Source: Macrostomum lignano (lineage: Eukaryota). From it: DNA of 64,000 nt. Below the pieces are notes generated by a model. The model searched no databases and was not told where the DNA came from. It saw only the letters and a list, made by a program, of their open reading frames with translations. Within the stretch, counting starts at the first letter, position 1. Each line of letters opens with the position of its first letter. The translations under genes were made by a program, and so were the position numbers. Positions 48,961 to 60,029 of this stretch are shown here, one piece after another. The stretch is taken from contig NIVC01000657.1 in NCBI GenBank assembly GCA_002269645.1, positions 1-64,000 on the forward strand, given 5' to 3'.

Positions 48961-49354
48961 TACAAGATTGGAGTTTCTGAGAACATTTACATTTAGTAAT
49001 ATGCAATATTTCACTGACACCAGGACACAAAATCTCAATACTTTGATCATTTTCTCGATCGCTGCTTATAATTTCAGAAATGGATTGATTAAATTGAAAA
49101 GATAGTATATCATTTCGATACGTTTCTCGGAAACTAAAGGAATCCTCTATAGAGAATTTAAGCTCATGTCGTAAAAACATTGAGCTATCTCGTAATTATC
49201 TTATCACACCAATATGCCAGGTACTTTTACTACCTTGTAGTAATCAATTATTTAAGTGCATGTAGCTGTCAAAGCAAGTTGTAAGGCAAAAGATCAAACA
49301 GAAACTTTTCGGAACTGTCAAAGAAAAAAACACCGCGGGGAAACCTTGGAGAAT

Positions 49355-49806
49355 GGGAGCACGAGAAGTTTTCCCGCGGTGAGGTTTGCCCGCGGTGAGG
49401 TTTTCCCGCGTGAGGTTTTCCCGCCGAGACTAGACTAGAATAGACTAGGCTAGGCTAGACTAGACATAAACTAGACTAGATTAAAAACTAGACTAGATTA
49501 GAACTAGCCTATAGACTAGACTAGACTATACTAGGCTAGGCTAGACTAGACATAAAATAGACTAGATTAGAACTAGCCCATAGACTAGACTAGACTAGAC
49601 TAGGCTAGGCTAGGCTAGACTAGACATAAAATAGACTAGATTAAAAACTAGACTAGATTAGAACTAGACTAGACTGGATTTCAAATCCGATTGGATTTGA
49701 CTTCAAATTCCGACAGGAAAAACCCTGCGGGAAAACCTCGGCGGGGAAAACCTCGGCGGGAAAAACTCGCACGGGAAAACTTCCTGCGGGAAATTCTCAT
49801 AGACCC
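49355..49806. mobile_element. Foldback/MITE-like element: inverted subterminal repeats around a (CTAGA)n core
   Basis: Several GAGGTTTTCCCGC copies at 49375-49425 face GCGGGAAAACCTC copies at 49725-49790; (CTAGA/CTAGG)n at about 49427-49677. Ends and TSD are unclear. Confidence 0.45.
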
Positions 49807-50329
49807 TAGAGAACCTTTGAACAGCTTTTGTGTTAACTTTCGACAAGCTGTCTCTGCATCTGATACCGTATGAGTCTCAGCGGTATGGGCAAAATTGCTT
49901 CAGTTCTGGGGTTGTGGGACCAATGTCGCCGAAGACGTTGCGCCAGGGTGCCCACAATATTCGCACAATATCCTTACTGCTGCATCCTCTACGCTTGTAC
50001 CAGCGGCTCTTATAGCCTTCAGCCTGTTTTTTTTACCGTGATAACAAGGATTGTTGCGTAAAAGTACAATATAATCTCAGCTTTTCAATATCCGGAATGA
50101 CCTAGCCCGAAAAACCAAATCGTGTTGATGAATAAATTTACCAAGGCATTTTTATACAACCAGTGCTCGGAGTTCAACGCATCTCATTTAGTTTCGGAAA
50201 CGCAGTTGAAATTTTGTTGAAAAATTCGTCCTGAAGTCAAAAGTGCACTTTTTGCTTTTATTTTCATTCGCAATTTAAAGACGACTTTTGATGATTCTAG
50301 CCCAGCAATTGGGCATACACATGTATGGA

Positions 50330-51110
50330 AGGGCTGGCCCAGCAACTGAGGATCTGGGAGGCTGGCCTAGCAACTGGGGATCTGGGAGGCTGGCCCAGCA
50401 ACTGAGGATCTGGGAGGCTGGCCTAGCAACTGGGGATCTGGGAGGCTGGCCCAGCAACTGAGGATCTGGGAGGCTGGCCTAGCAACTGGGGATCTGGGAG
50501 GCTGGCCCAGCAACTGAGGATCTGGGAGTCTGGCCCAGCAACTGAGGATCTGGGAGGCTGGCCCAGCAACTGGGGATCTGGGAGGCTGGTGGCCCAGCAA
50601 CTGAGGATCTGGGAGGCTGGCCCAGCAACTGGGGATCTGGGAGGCTGGTGGCCCAGCAACTGAGGATCTGGGAGGCTGGCCTAGCAACTGAGGATCTGGG
50701 AGTCTGGCCCAGCAACTGAGGATCTGGGAGGCTGGCTCAGCAACTGAGGATCTGGGATACTGGCCCAGCAACTGAGGATCTGGGATACTGGCCCAGCAAC
50801 TGAGGATCTGGGAGGCTGGTGGCCCAGCAACTGAGGATCTGGGATACTGGCCCAGCAACTGAGGATCTGGGATACTGGCCCAGCAACTGAGGATCTGGGA
50901 GGCTGGTGGCCCAGCAACTGAGGATCTGGGAGGCTGGTGGCCCAGCAACTGAGGATCTGGGAGGCTGGTGGCCCAGCAACTGAGGATCTGGGATACTGGC
51001 CCAGCAACTGAGGATCTGGGAGGCTGGTGGCCCAGCAACTGAGGATCTGGGATACTGGCCCAGCAACTGAGGATCTGGGAGGCAGGTGGCCCAGCAACTG
51101 ACACTCTGTG
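50330..51110. repeat. Satellite family A, locus 3, with locus-specific length variants
   Basis: GGCTGGTGGCCC (+3) and GGGATACTGGCCC (-1) variants are found only here. Confidence 0.95.
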
Positions 51111-51769
51111 AGGCTGGCCCGACAGATAAACGTTGAGTTCAGATAAAAAGAGCAATGCGGAATATCAAGCCAGCATTTAAGTAATTAAAATTTAATAGAG
51201 AACACTTACTGTGTGGTATTTAGAAAAGTTTATATTATCAGCAAGTGAAAGATTTTAAATACATTAGCAAGCGTTAAAATGCGGTTTTAAAAGTACACAC
51301 ACAATGCCCAGTGACTTCACTAAGTCATTAAATAGACAGAATATCAACCCCATATCGGCACGTAATAACGGATCAACTTTGACAGATAGATTATACACGC
51401 GCAAGCAATAGTAATCCTTCCTGGCTCTGGATACTGCCAGATAGCATATCTATAAAATGATGAATAAATAATGAGAAAATCGTCAATTTTTTGATGGGGA
51501 GAGGATTAGAAATGCAATTATATGCATGCATATATCCTGCGCTTTTCTCAATGTTTTCATGACCGCTAACCGGGCAACCAGAGGAATTTTATTTGAAGCA
51601 GCCATGACACGTGCACTAATTGCGACTGGACTGCACGGGAATTATGATAGAAAAGTATGTTTACAATCAGATAACGCTAAACTAGCTACTTTAAGTAGAA
51701 ATTCGAGCAACTTTTTTTAACGAAAAATTAATTAGCATTTGCAAGCGCGAATTAATTCATACTTTAGAT

Positions 51770-52440
51770 AGAGATTAGAGAGGGAGATCAGAGAGGGAGA
51801 TCAGAGAGGGAGATCAGAGAGAGGGAGATAAGAGAGAGGGAGATCAGAGAGGGGAGATTAGGGAGAGGGAGATTAGAGAGGGAAATGATGGAGAGGGAGA
51901 TTAGAGAGGGGAAATGAGGGAGAGGGAGATCAGAGAGGGAAATGATGGAGAGGGAGATCAGAGAGGGAGATGATGGAGAGGGAGATCAGAGAGGGAGATA
52001 AGGGATAGGGAGATCAAAGAGGGGAGATCAGAGAGGGGAGATGAGGGAGAGGAAATCAGAGAGGGGAGATCAGAGAGGGGAGATCAGAGAGAAGGAGACA
52101 AGGAGAGGGAGAGGGAGATCAGAGAGGGAGATGATGGAGAGGGAGATCAGAGAGGGGAGATGATGGAGGGAGATCAGAGAGGGGAGATGATGGAGAGGGA
52201 GATCAGAGAGGGGAGATGAGGGAGAGGGAGATCAGAGAGGGGAGATGATGGAGAGGGAGATCAGAGAGGGGAGATGAGGGAGAGGGAGATCAGAGAGGGG
52301 AGACGATGGAGAGGGAGATCAGAGAGGGGAGATGATGGAGAGGGAGATCAGAGGGGAGATGATGGAGAGGGAGATCAGAGAGGGGAGACGATGGAGAGGG
52401 AGATCAGAGAGGGAGATGAGGGAGAGGGAGATCAGAGAGG
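51770..52440. repeat. GA-rich minisatellite (GAGGGAGATCAGAGAGGGGAGATGATGGA-like) downstream of the ORC4 stop
   Basis: Visible array. Confidence 0.9.
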
Positions 52441-52555
52441 AGCTGGTAGATCAGATGAAGGTCAGTAAAAGGCCGCAAAAGTTTTTATACCCACTGAACT
52501 TCACACCCGGCAATTCCAAACTTTCAGCGTCAAAAGAATCGAGCCCGAGGCATGA

Positions 52556-55500
52556 TCAGCGCTTGCAGCACCGAGCCGCCCATTGTCTGACATCCTCCGG
52601 TCGATTGGGATACTGATTGACACCTTGCACTAGAATCTCTGGCGGCACCAGGCACACGAATTCTTCGCGTTTGCCCAGAGCGACGCCGCCAAGATCGCCG
52701 CATCCGGCGCTGTCGCTAGCTGGCGCCATCAGCCCGGATTCCAACAGCGAGTCAAACGCTCGCCGAATCAAATCTCGTTCGTACTGCAGATGAGGCATTT
52801 TCGATTGGCAGAATCGAACGTATTCGGTGTAGACACTCTCGAAGCTGACTGGCCTGTGGCCATTGTCAATGTGATTGGCCGCCACTAGTAGGCACAGCTC
52901 AACAATGGACAAGTCGCACAGCTGAGGCAGAGCTAATTCAGTTAGCATGGACTGTTGAGCAGATTTGAAATCTTCTGCAGTTAATAGCGACTCGCCGTCT
53001 GGCAGCAGAGCCACAGCCACTGACAGCAGGTTAATGAGGGGCTTCGGCCGGCCGCCATAGATTTGCAAATGCCTGACCAGAACTGATCGACAGTTCTCGT
53101 CGTGTCGAAGTAGCGAATCAATATTAGAGTTCCATTGCTGTCCGTGTGGGGAGAGAGAGGGGAGGCAACTTGCTTAGCGACTTTATTTCACAACCATTCC
53201 GCTGACTCTTGAGCACGTAAGGCACGTCAGTACATACTGTACAAAGGCAAGCACTCTTACACTCGCTCCCACAGGGTGTACAGCGGCCCCGACTTTCTAA
53301 TCGTCAGGCATGTAAACTCTGTGTGCCTTGGGGGTTGGCCCTTCTGGGTGCAACTGGCTTTAGCACCAGGGGCTTTAGCATCAGGGGCTTTAGCATCAGG
53401 GGCTTTAGCATCAGGGGCTTTAGCATCAGGGGATTTAGCACCAGGGGCTTTAGCACCAGGGGTTTTAGCATCAGGGGATTTAGCACCAGGGGCTTTAGCA
53501 CCAGGGGTTTTAGCATCAGGGGATTTAGCACCAGGGGCTTTAGCACCAGGGGTTTTAGCATTAGGGGCTTTAGCACCAGGGGCTTTAGCACCAGGGGTTT
53601 TAGCACTAGGGGCTTTAGCACCAGGGGCTTTAGCACCAGGGGCTTTAGCATCAGGGGCTTTAGCACCAGGGGCTTTAGCACCAGGGCTTTTAGCACCAGG
53701 GGCTTTAGCACCAGGGCTTTTAGCACCAGGGGCTTTAGCACCAGGGCTTTTAGCACCAGGGGCTTTAGCACCAGGGCTTTTAGCACCAGGGGCTTTAGCA
53801 CCAGGGGCTTTAGCACCAGGGGCTTTAGCATCAGGGGCTTTGGCACCAGGGGCGCCAACACCAGGAGCGCCAGCACGAGGGGCGCCAGCACCAGGGGCGC
53901 CAACACCCTTTCCTAAGCCCTTGCATAGCAACTTATCACCAACCCACCAAACGGTATTGTTCAACTTCAATTTCTTTAACTGCTTAACAGAATTTGAAAG
54001 CCTCAGACAAAAAAGCTAAATTTATAAAATCCCTCGACAGAAATTTCTCAACAGAAATCGCATCTAAATCGACACAAATATATTCAAATCAAGAGAACTG
54101 ATCAATTCATTGATAGTTCACTGCTACCGCCTACCCCAACACGTCGCTTAAAATCGTTTTTTTCGGCTGCGCCAACACCGGTTGGGGCCCGCTCGGACAG
54201 GTGCAGCAGCGAGAGCGCGACGGCAACGTACTCGTCCAGGGTCCAGTCGCATCTGTGAGAGGGTGGAGACGATTTTTTTCAAATATACTAATTAGCCTGC
54301 AATGTGATCTCTTAGTGGTATGAGGGTCTGGGAGGCTGGCACAGCAACTGAGGATCTGGGAGGCTGGCCCAGCAACTGGGGATCTGGGAGGCTGGCCCAG
54401 CAACTGGGGATCTGGGAGGCTGACCCAGCAACTGAGGATCTGGGAGGCTGGCACAGCAACTGAGGATCTGGGAGGCTGGCCGAGCTACTGAGGATCTGGG
54501 AGGCTGGCACAGCAACTGAGGATCTGGGAGGCTGGCCCAGCAAATGAGGATCTGGGAGGCTGACCCAGCAACTGAGGATCTGGGAGGCTGGCACAGCAAC
54601 TGAGGATCTGGGAGGCTGGCCCAGCAACTGAGGATCTGGGAGGCTGGCCCAGCAACTGGGGATCTGGAAGGCTGGCCCAGCAACTAAAGATCTTTGAAGA
54701 AAGCAAGCAGAATCCAGAGACATCCCATAATTACTAAAAACGCACCTCAGCCGAATATGCCGGTGACTGAATCGCGATTTAACCCGCTTCTCCAGCAATT
54801 CGCCAACGCTGACCCGCGAAGTGACGCCCAGCAGGCAGACGGGCACAACGCGAGACTGGGCCACGTCTAGCAGAGTGTAGAGCAGCGACTGGCCCTTGCG
54901 CTGGGCAAACAGATCGAACTCTTCCAGCACGAACAGCACCCGCAGAGTCTCAGTGTTGCCCGACTGCAACAGGCTGATGATGAAGTGCAGCTGCTCGTTC
55001 GTGCCAGAAAAGATTCGACCTTCTAAATCGCTTTCGACGCGAAGTGTTCGAGCAATGGCCTGGGATTACCGAGTAAAACAGTTAGAGGATAAGTCATTGA
55101 GCGAGTTGGTGTAGAATAAAAACAATCGGTGCTCTTTACCGATATGTATCGAAAAGTTTTGTTTTTACAGTGAGTTCTATCCACCAATAATTCAATACTT
55201 GCTCGATTCCAAGTGCAGTCACATTAATTTGAGGCTAAATTAAATTGGAATTTTGGCTTGGCTCTGCTTGTGCAATCAACGCCCTTGAGGGCCAAACCTC
55301 CAAGGCATAATGAAGTGTATATGTTTAACGATGAATTAAGTTAAGGGCCGCTGTACATCCATGTGTGAGTGTTCCTGTGCATATGACTGCATACGTATCA
55401 GTGCACTCAGGGGAGTTGGTGGAATGATCAGTAATACCTCTGTGACAATATCGCTAAAAGTGCACCAATTGCCTCTAATGAAAAACTTACCATTGTCAAA

Positions 55501-55938
55501 TTTGAGAAATCTGTAAACATTGTTTTTAACTTGGTACCATCCTGAATTTAGACCCAGGATGCCAAATGGCACTACAATTGATGCTCAAAAGCTCAGGTCC
55601 CGTTATATTATATACAAGTTGGTGGCACCACATACCTGCAAGGTGCTTCTATCATCAAAGTGTTCCAAGCCATGCAGCTGTACCACAATGACACTGCCAG
55701 CAAAATCTCGCTGTTTCCCAGCCTCTTGTAGTACAGACTGGACAAGAGCCGACTTGCCGCTGCCAGGAGGCCCAGACACAATGACTGAATTGCATTGGCC
55801 ATCACGCGAGAATCTAGTGAGCATATCAAGTAGATTCTGATGCTCATTAGTTCTGTGCATCAGTTTGCGATTGTTTTCATTACTAATTTGATGCATTGCA
55901 AGCTGTTTTATTGGCAGTTTGACTAGATCTGGCAACAT
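52556..55938 (-). CDS. ORC4: Origin recognition complex subunit 4 (AAA+ and winged helix), 438 aa, 4 exons
   Basis: Exons 55938-55636, 55059-54746, 54252-54135, 53137-52556; phase-consistent. NSVIVSGPPGSGKS (Walker A), VLEEFDLFAQRKGQSLLYTLLD, ELLEKRVKSRFSHR and C-terminal YPNRPEDVRQWA match ORC4. Confidence 0.95.
53255..53350 (-). mobile_element. Internal fragment of the second SINE family in ORC4 intron 3
   Basis: CACAGGGTGTACAGCGGCCCCGACTTTCTAATCGTCAGGCATGTAAAC...TTGGGGGTTGGC matches 22405-22485. Confidence 0.65.
53355..53905. repeat. 15-bp minisatellite (GGGGCTTTAGCACCA)n, ORC4 intron 3
   Basis: Period 15. Confidence 0.95.
54322..54690. repeat. Satellite family A, locus 4, ORC4 intron 2
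   Basis: Same unit and orientation; GGCACAGC and TGACCCAGC variants. Confidence 0.95.
55203..55485 (+). mobile_element. 5'-truncated copy of the second SINE family in ORC4 intron 1
   Basis: TCGATTCCAAGTGCAGTCACATTAATTT...GGCTTGGCTCTGCTTGTG...GGGCCGCTGTACA aligns by eye to the reverse complement of 22260-22570. Confidence 0.8.
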
Positions 55939-56031
55939 TGTTAACTACTAATATATCATGAAATTTAAATATAAAGTGGATAAGTAAAAAATTTTAAATC
56001 TTGTAATAATTATTTTACTTTCATATCATAA

Positions 56032-57332
56032 CAAGCTGTTGAAACCCGCGGATTTTGAACCCGGGGAATTTCAATCCCTGGAACTATTTTTGCATGTACT
56101 CGTATTCTAAAATCTGAGGTCAAATTCAAACAAAAACTCGTTAATAGTTAGGTTAGAAGAATTAAACATAAAATAGAGTACATTCGTGAAAAATTAGGAT
56201 TTGAGGCAAACATTTATAATGTTGGCTGGGGTGCTGCGAACAGGCAAACTCTGGCCTCTGCCTCTCCTTATGTCCCTTGGATCCTTAAAAACTTCGACCT
56301 TTTCTTCTGTTTCCTCTCCTCTCTCTCGTCTCTGTCTCTTCTCTCTCTCTTTCCTCTATCCCCTAATCTCTCGTCTATTCTCTCTCCCTTCTATTCTTTT
56401 ATCCCTCCTCTCTACTCTCTCCTCTCTCCTCTCATCTCTTCTCTTCTTTCCTCTCTCCTCTCTCCTCTCTTCCCTCACCTCTCTTCTCTCTCGTCTTTGC
56501 TCTCGTATCTTTCTCCTTTTTCTCTTCTTTTATCTTTTCTCTCTTCTCTCTTCTCATTCTTTCTGCATGTTCTCTCCTCTCTCTTTCCCTCTCTCTCTCC
56601 CTCTCTCTCCTCTTATCTCTCCGCTCTCTCCTGTCCCATATCTCTTTCTCCTCTAATCTCTCCCCTGTTTCCTCTCCTCTATCGTCCTTTCTCCTCTTTC
56701 CCCTGTCCTCTCGGTTCTCTCCCCTCCCCTCCTCTCTCCTCACTCACTTCTCTCTCCCTTTGTCTCACCTCTCATCTCTTATTTCTATCCTTTTTCTCTC
56801 CACTCTCCCATCTCTCGTCTGTTCACTCTCGTCTCTGGTCTCTCATCTCCCCTCTCTCATCTGCCATCTTTACTCTCTTATACTCGTATGTTTTCTCACC
56901 TCTCTCATCCGTACTCTTCTCTTTCCCCTCTTTTGACTCCTCTCTTTCCTTTCTCCTTTCTCCCTTCTCTTCTCTTCCCTCTTCTATTCTCTCCCTCTCT
57001 TGTCTTCTCTCTTCTCTCTTCACTCTCCTCTCTCCTCTCATGTATCGCGTTCACTCTCATCTTTGCTCTCTACCCCTCTCTCTTGTGTCATCTTTACTCT
57101 CCACTCTCCTGTGTACTCTTCTCTTTCCCCTCTACTGAATCCTCTCTTCTTACTCCTCTTCTCTTCCCTCTTCTATACTCTCTCCCCTCTATTCTCTTCT
57201 CTTGTCTCTGCACTCTGCTCTCTCTTCCTTCATCTTTCATCTCTACTCTCTCATCTCCACAATCTCATCTCTTTCCTCTCTCCTCGTCTTCCCTTTACTC
57301 TATCATCTCTCGTTTCTCCTCTCTTCTTTCTC

Positions 57333-57400
<68 letters not shown>

Positions 57401-58972
57401 TCTTATCTCCTCTCTTCTCACTCCTCTCTCCCTCTCTCTCCCCTCCTATCTCCTCTCTGTTCTCTATTCTCTATTTTCTTCTCACTCTTCTCTACTCTCC
57501 TCTCTCATCGATCCTCTGTCTCATCTCTCCCATCTTCTCTCTTCCTCTTCTCACCTCTACTCTTTCCTCTCCCTCCTGTCTCCCCTCCTCTCGCTTCCTC
57601 CTCCCATATTCTCTGCTCTCTCCTCGTCCTCACCCCACTCGTCTCTCCTGTTATCTTATATCTTTTCTCTTACCCCCCTCTCGCCCTTCCTCTCTTTCTA
57701 ATAGTCTATTCCTTTTCTTTTTCACTCTCATCTGGCCCGCAGCCATGAGTTGGATTCTTTATCTGGCCTTTGAGTTAAAAATCTACCGATCCCTGCTTCG
57801 AAAGCTAGTTTGTGGGACGTAGTACATCATGGTTATCATTTCTCATGCTTTAATCACGTCACCTTTCTGGCCAATTAGCAGCCCTGAGAGGAATTTGTGT
57901 ATCTCCAGCTCCACCACCACAGTCTGCACTCTGCAGCAGTCTAACAACCAAGGAAATGCGCATTTCTTAGGAGTCATTTAAATTTTAAAGTTACCCTATG
58001 CGAAACTTAATGTTAAAAGCTTTATGGTGTAACTAATTTAGTAGGATTGCATTGTAATAAGTTATTCATTAATTTTTCGCTATTTTTACAAACCATCCCG
58101 CATCGCCTTGATTTGCCTGTTTGCCATCCACTGTTAAACTGCTGCAGACTTGTCTATACAGAAGACAGTGGTTTGAATCTCTCGCTGAAACTGTCTCTCC
58201 TCTCCACGCCTCTCCACTCGTGGGGGTACAGAGAAAGCTATTAAAAGTTATTCCAAAACACTGTACATTGCCATATACATTCAGCCCTATCGCCTGACCC
58301 TTCGTCTGGGCTGGGGGAATGAGTGAGTGAGTGGCACAAACAACAGAAAAAGCAGACAAACTTCACATGCTTACAGTTTCCGTCCTGATTGAGATAAAGA
58401 GTTGAAACTTTACATTTAGATAGAGAATGAGTCAATGAAGAATTGTGTCAAATTTGAAGTCTTGAAGAGTCTCCATTGCTTTACATAGAGCAAACTTATG
58501 GCAGCTGAAAGTTAGTCAATTTTGAAACCCTTTTACACATCTGGGCCCAAATTGGTATTGGGAAAGAGAGTCAGATAGGCGGAGGTTGGGGTGGTTGCTA
58601 CACTGAAAAAAGCAGCCTAACTTTAAAAGTGCACAGCACCGCTCAGGATTAACTTTGAGACTTGAAATTTTACATGATTGTGCCAAAATAGTTTAAGATT
58701 TTCTGTGTTAAATTTGAAAAGAATTGGTAGAAGTGGAGCGGCGCTATGGAGGATTTAGTGAAAAAATTGCACATTTTGAGCAGTTTTTTGTACTTTTAGG
58801 TGGGAAGACTCAAATTTAGGAAATTTAAAGGTAGCCTAAGACATTCTCTGTAGTAAGTTTAGGGTGGGTATAAAGTTTGGTATAATTTCGTTGAGTGGTT
58901 TGGGAGTCCATAGCGATCAAAATTGTACACACACACACAGATAGACAGAGTTTTGATTTTTATATGTAGAGA
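56032..58972 (-). mobile_element. Non-autonomous Helitron, about 2.9 kb, with a long CT-rich interior
   Basis: Minus-strand 5' end A|TCTCTACATATAAAAATC at 58972; 3' end has an imperfect GC hairpin (56045-56065) then ...CAGCTTG|T at 56032. This gives A^T insertion with no TSD. The terminal roughly 270 bp is repeated at 63004. The 3' tetranucleotide is CTTG rather than CTRR. Confidence 0.65.
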
Positions 58973-59381
58973 TGATATTTTTCAAAAAAATAAAACTAAG
59001 TTAAAAACTAAATTTTGATATAAATGACTAAAATAGCAATGATTGATATATTATTTAAATGATATTGAAAAATCTGTTTTAATTTTAATATCAGTTTTAA
59101 CATTTATAAAATCCAATTAGCCAAAGCTATAGCCTATATACTATATATGTTAAGCTTAATATTAAAAGGTAGGCCCTATGATTAAAAGTTTAAGCTATGG
59201 GGATAAAAGCCAATAAATTAGCCTTAGCTTTAAAATGTATTAAAATGCATTAATTTTACTTAGGCCTACTATTACTAAACTAAATTATATAAACATATAT
59301 CTGCTAAGTGGCTTAGATCTATAGACTAGGCCTATAATGAAATTAATAGCTTCATTTATTTATGTTTCATTTAATTTTAAA

Positions 59382-60029
59382 TAGAGGTTGGACGGGATTG
59401 AAATCTTCGGGCGGGATTGGGATCGGGAATAGCTTTTTTCTTGGGATCGGGATCGGGATCGGGATTCGGGAATCGGGATCAGGTCTTTTTAGTGTATTGT
59501 CCATGTAAAGTTAAACAAAATTGAGAAAAGATTGTCAAGATCAAGAAGTAAAACACAACGAAATTGATATGAAGTTTTATAACCAACAAAGTAAATAATG
59601 TAACAAGTACAAGTTAAAGCAAAATACCTTCAAGTAATCACTAATTCTATAAATTATTAATCGAAAGACCTGTTCCCAAATCTCGAGTTTTTTAGGGTCG
59701 GGATTCTCGTCCCGCGGGAATTCACGAGGCAATGATTAAATAATTTATAGAATTAGTGATTACTTGAAGGTATTTTGCTTTAACTTGTACTCGTTACATT
59801 ATTTACTTTGTTGGTTACAAAACTTTATATCAATTTCATTGTGTTTTACTTCTTGATCTTGACAATCTTTTCTCAATTTTGTTTAACTTTACATGGACAA
59901 TACACTAAAAGACCTGATCCTGATTCCCGAAATCCCGATCCTGATCCCGATCCCGAGAAAAAAATTATTCCCGATCCCGATCCCGCCCAAAGATTTCAAT
60001 CCCGTCCGACCTCTACCATCCGACCTCTA
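59382..60029. mobile_element. hAT-type palindromic MITE with 8-bp target-site duplication
   Basis: Roughly 280-bp near-perfect inverted arms (59382-59662 and 59734-60015) around a 71-bp loop; termini TAGAGGTTGGA / TCCGACCTCTA; ATTTTAAA on both flanks (59374-59381, 60030-60037). Confidence 0.85.

Noticed and set aside
53257-53970. Histone H1-like (GAKAP/GAKSP)n ORF in sense orientation in ORC4
   Set aside because: 15-bp intronic array open in multiple frames; ORC4 exons 3 and 4 join in frame to give a normal-length protein.
56201-57822. Hydrophobic Leu/Ser-rich ORFs suggesting membrane proteins (also 63275-63965)
   Set aside because: CT-rich low-complexity interior of the Helitron.
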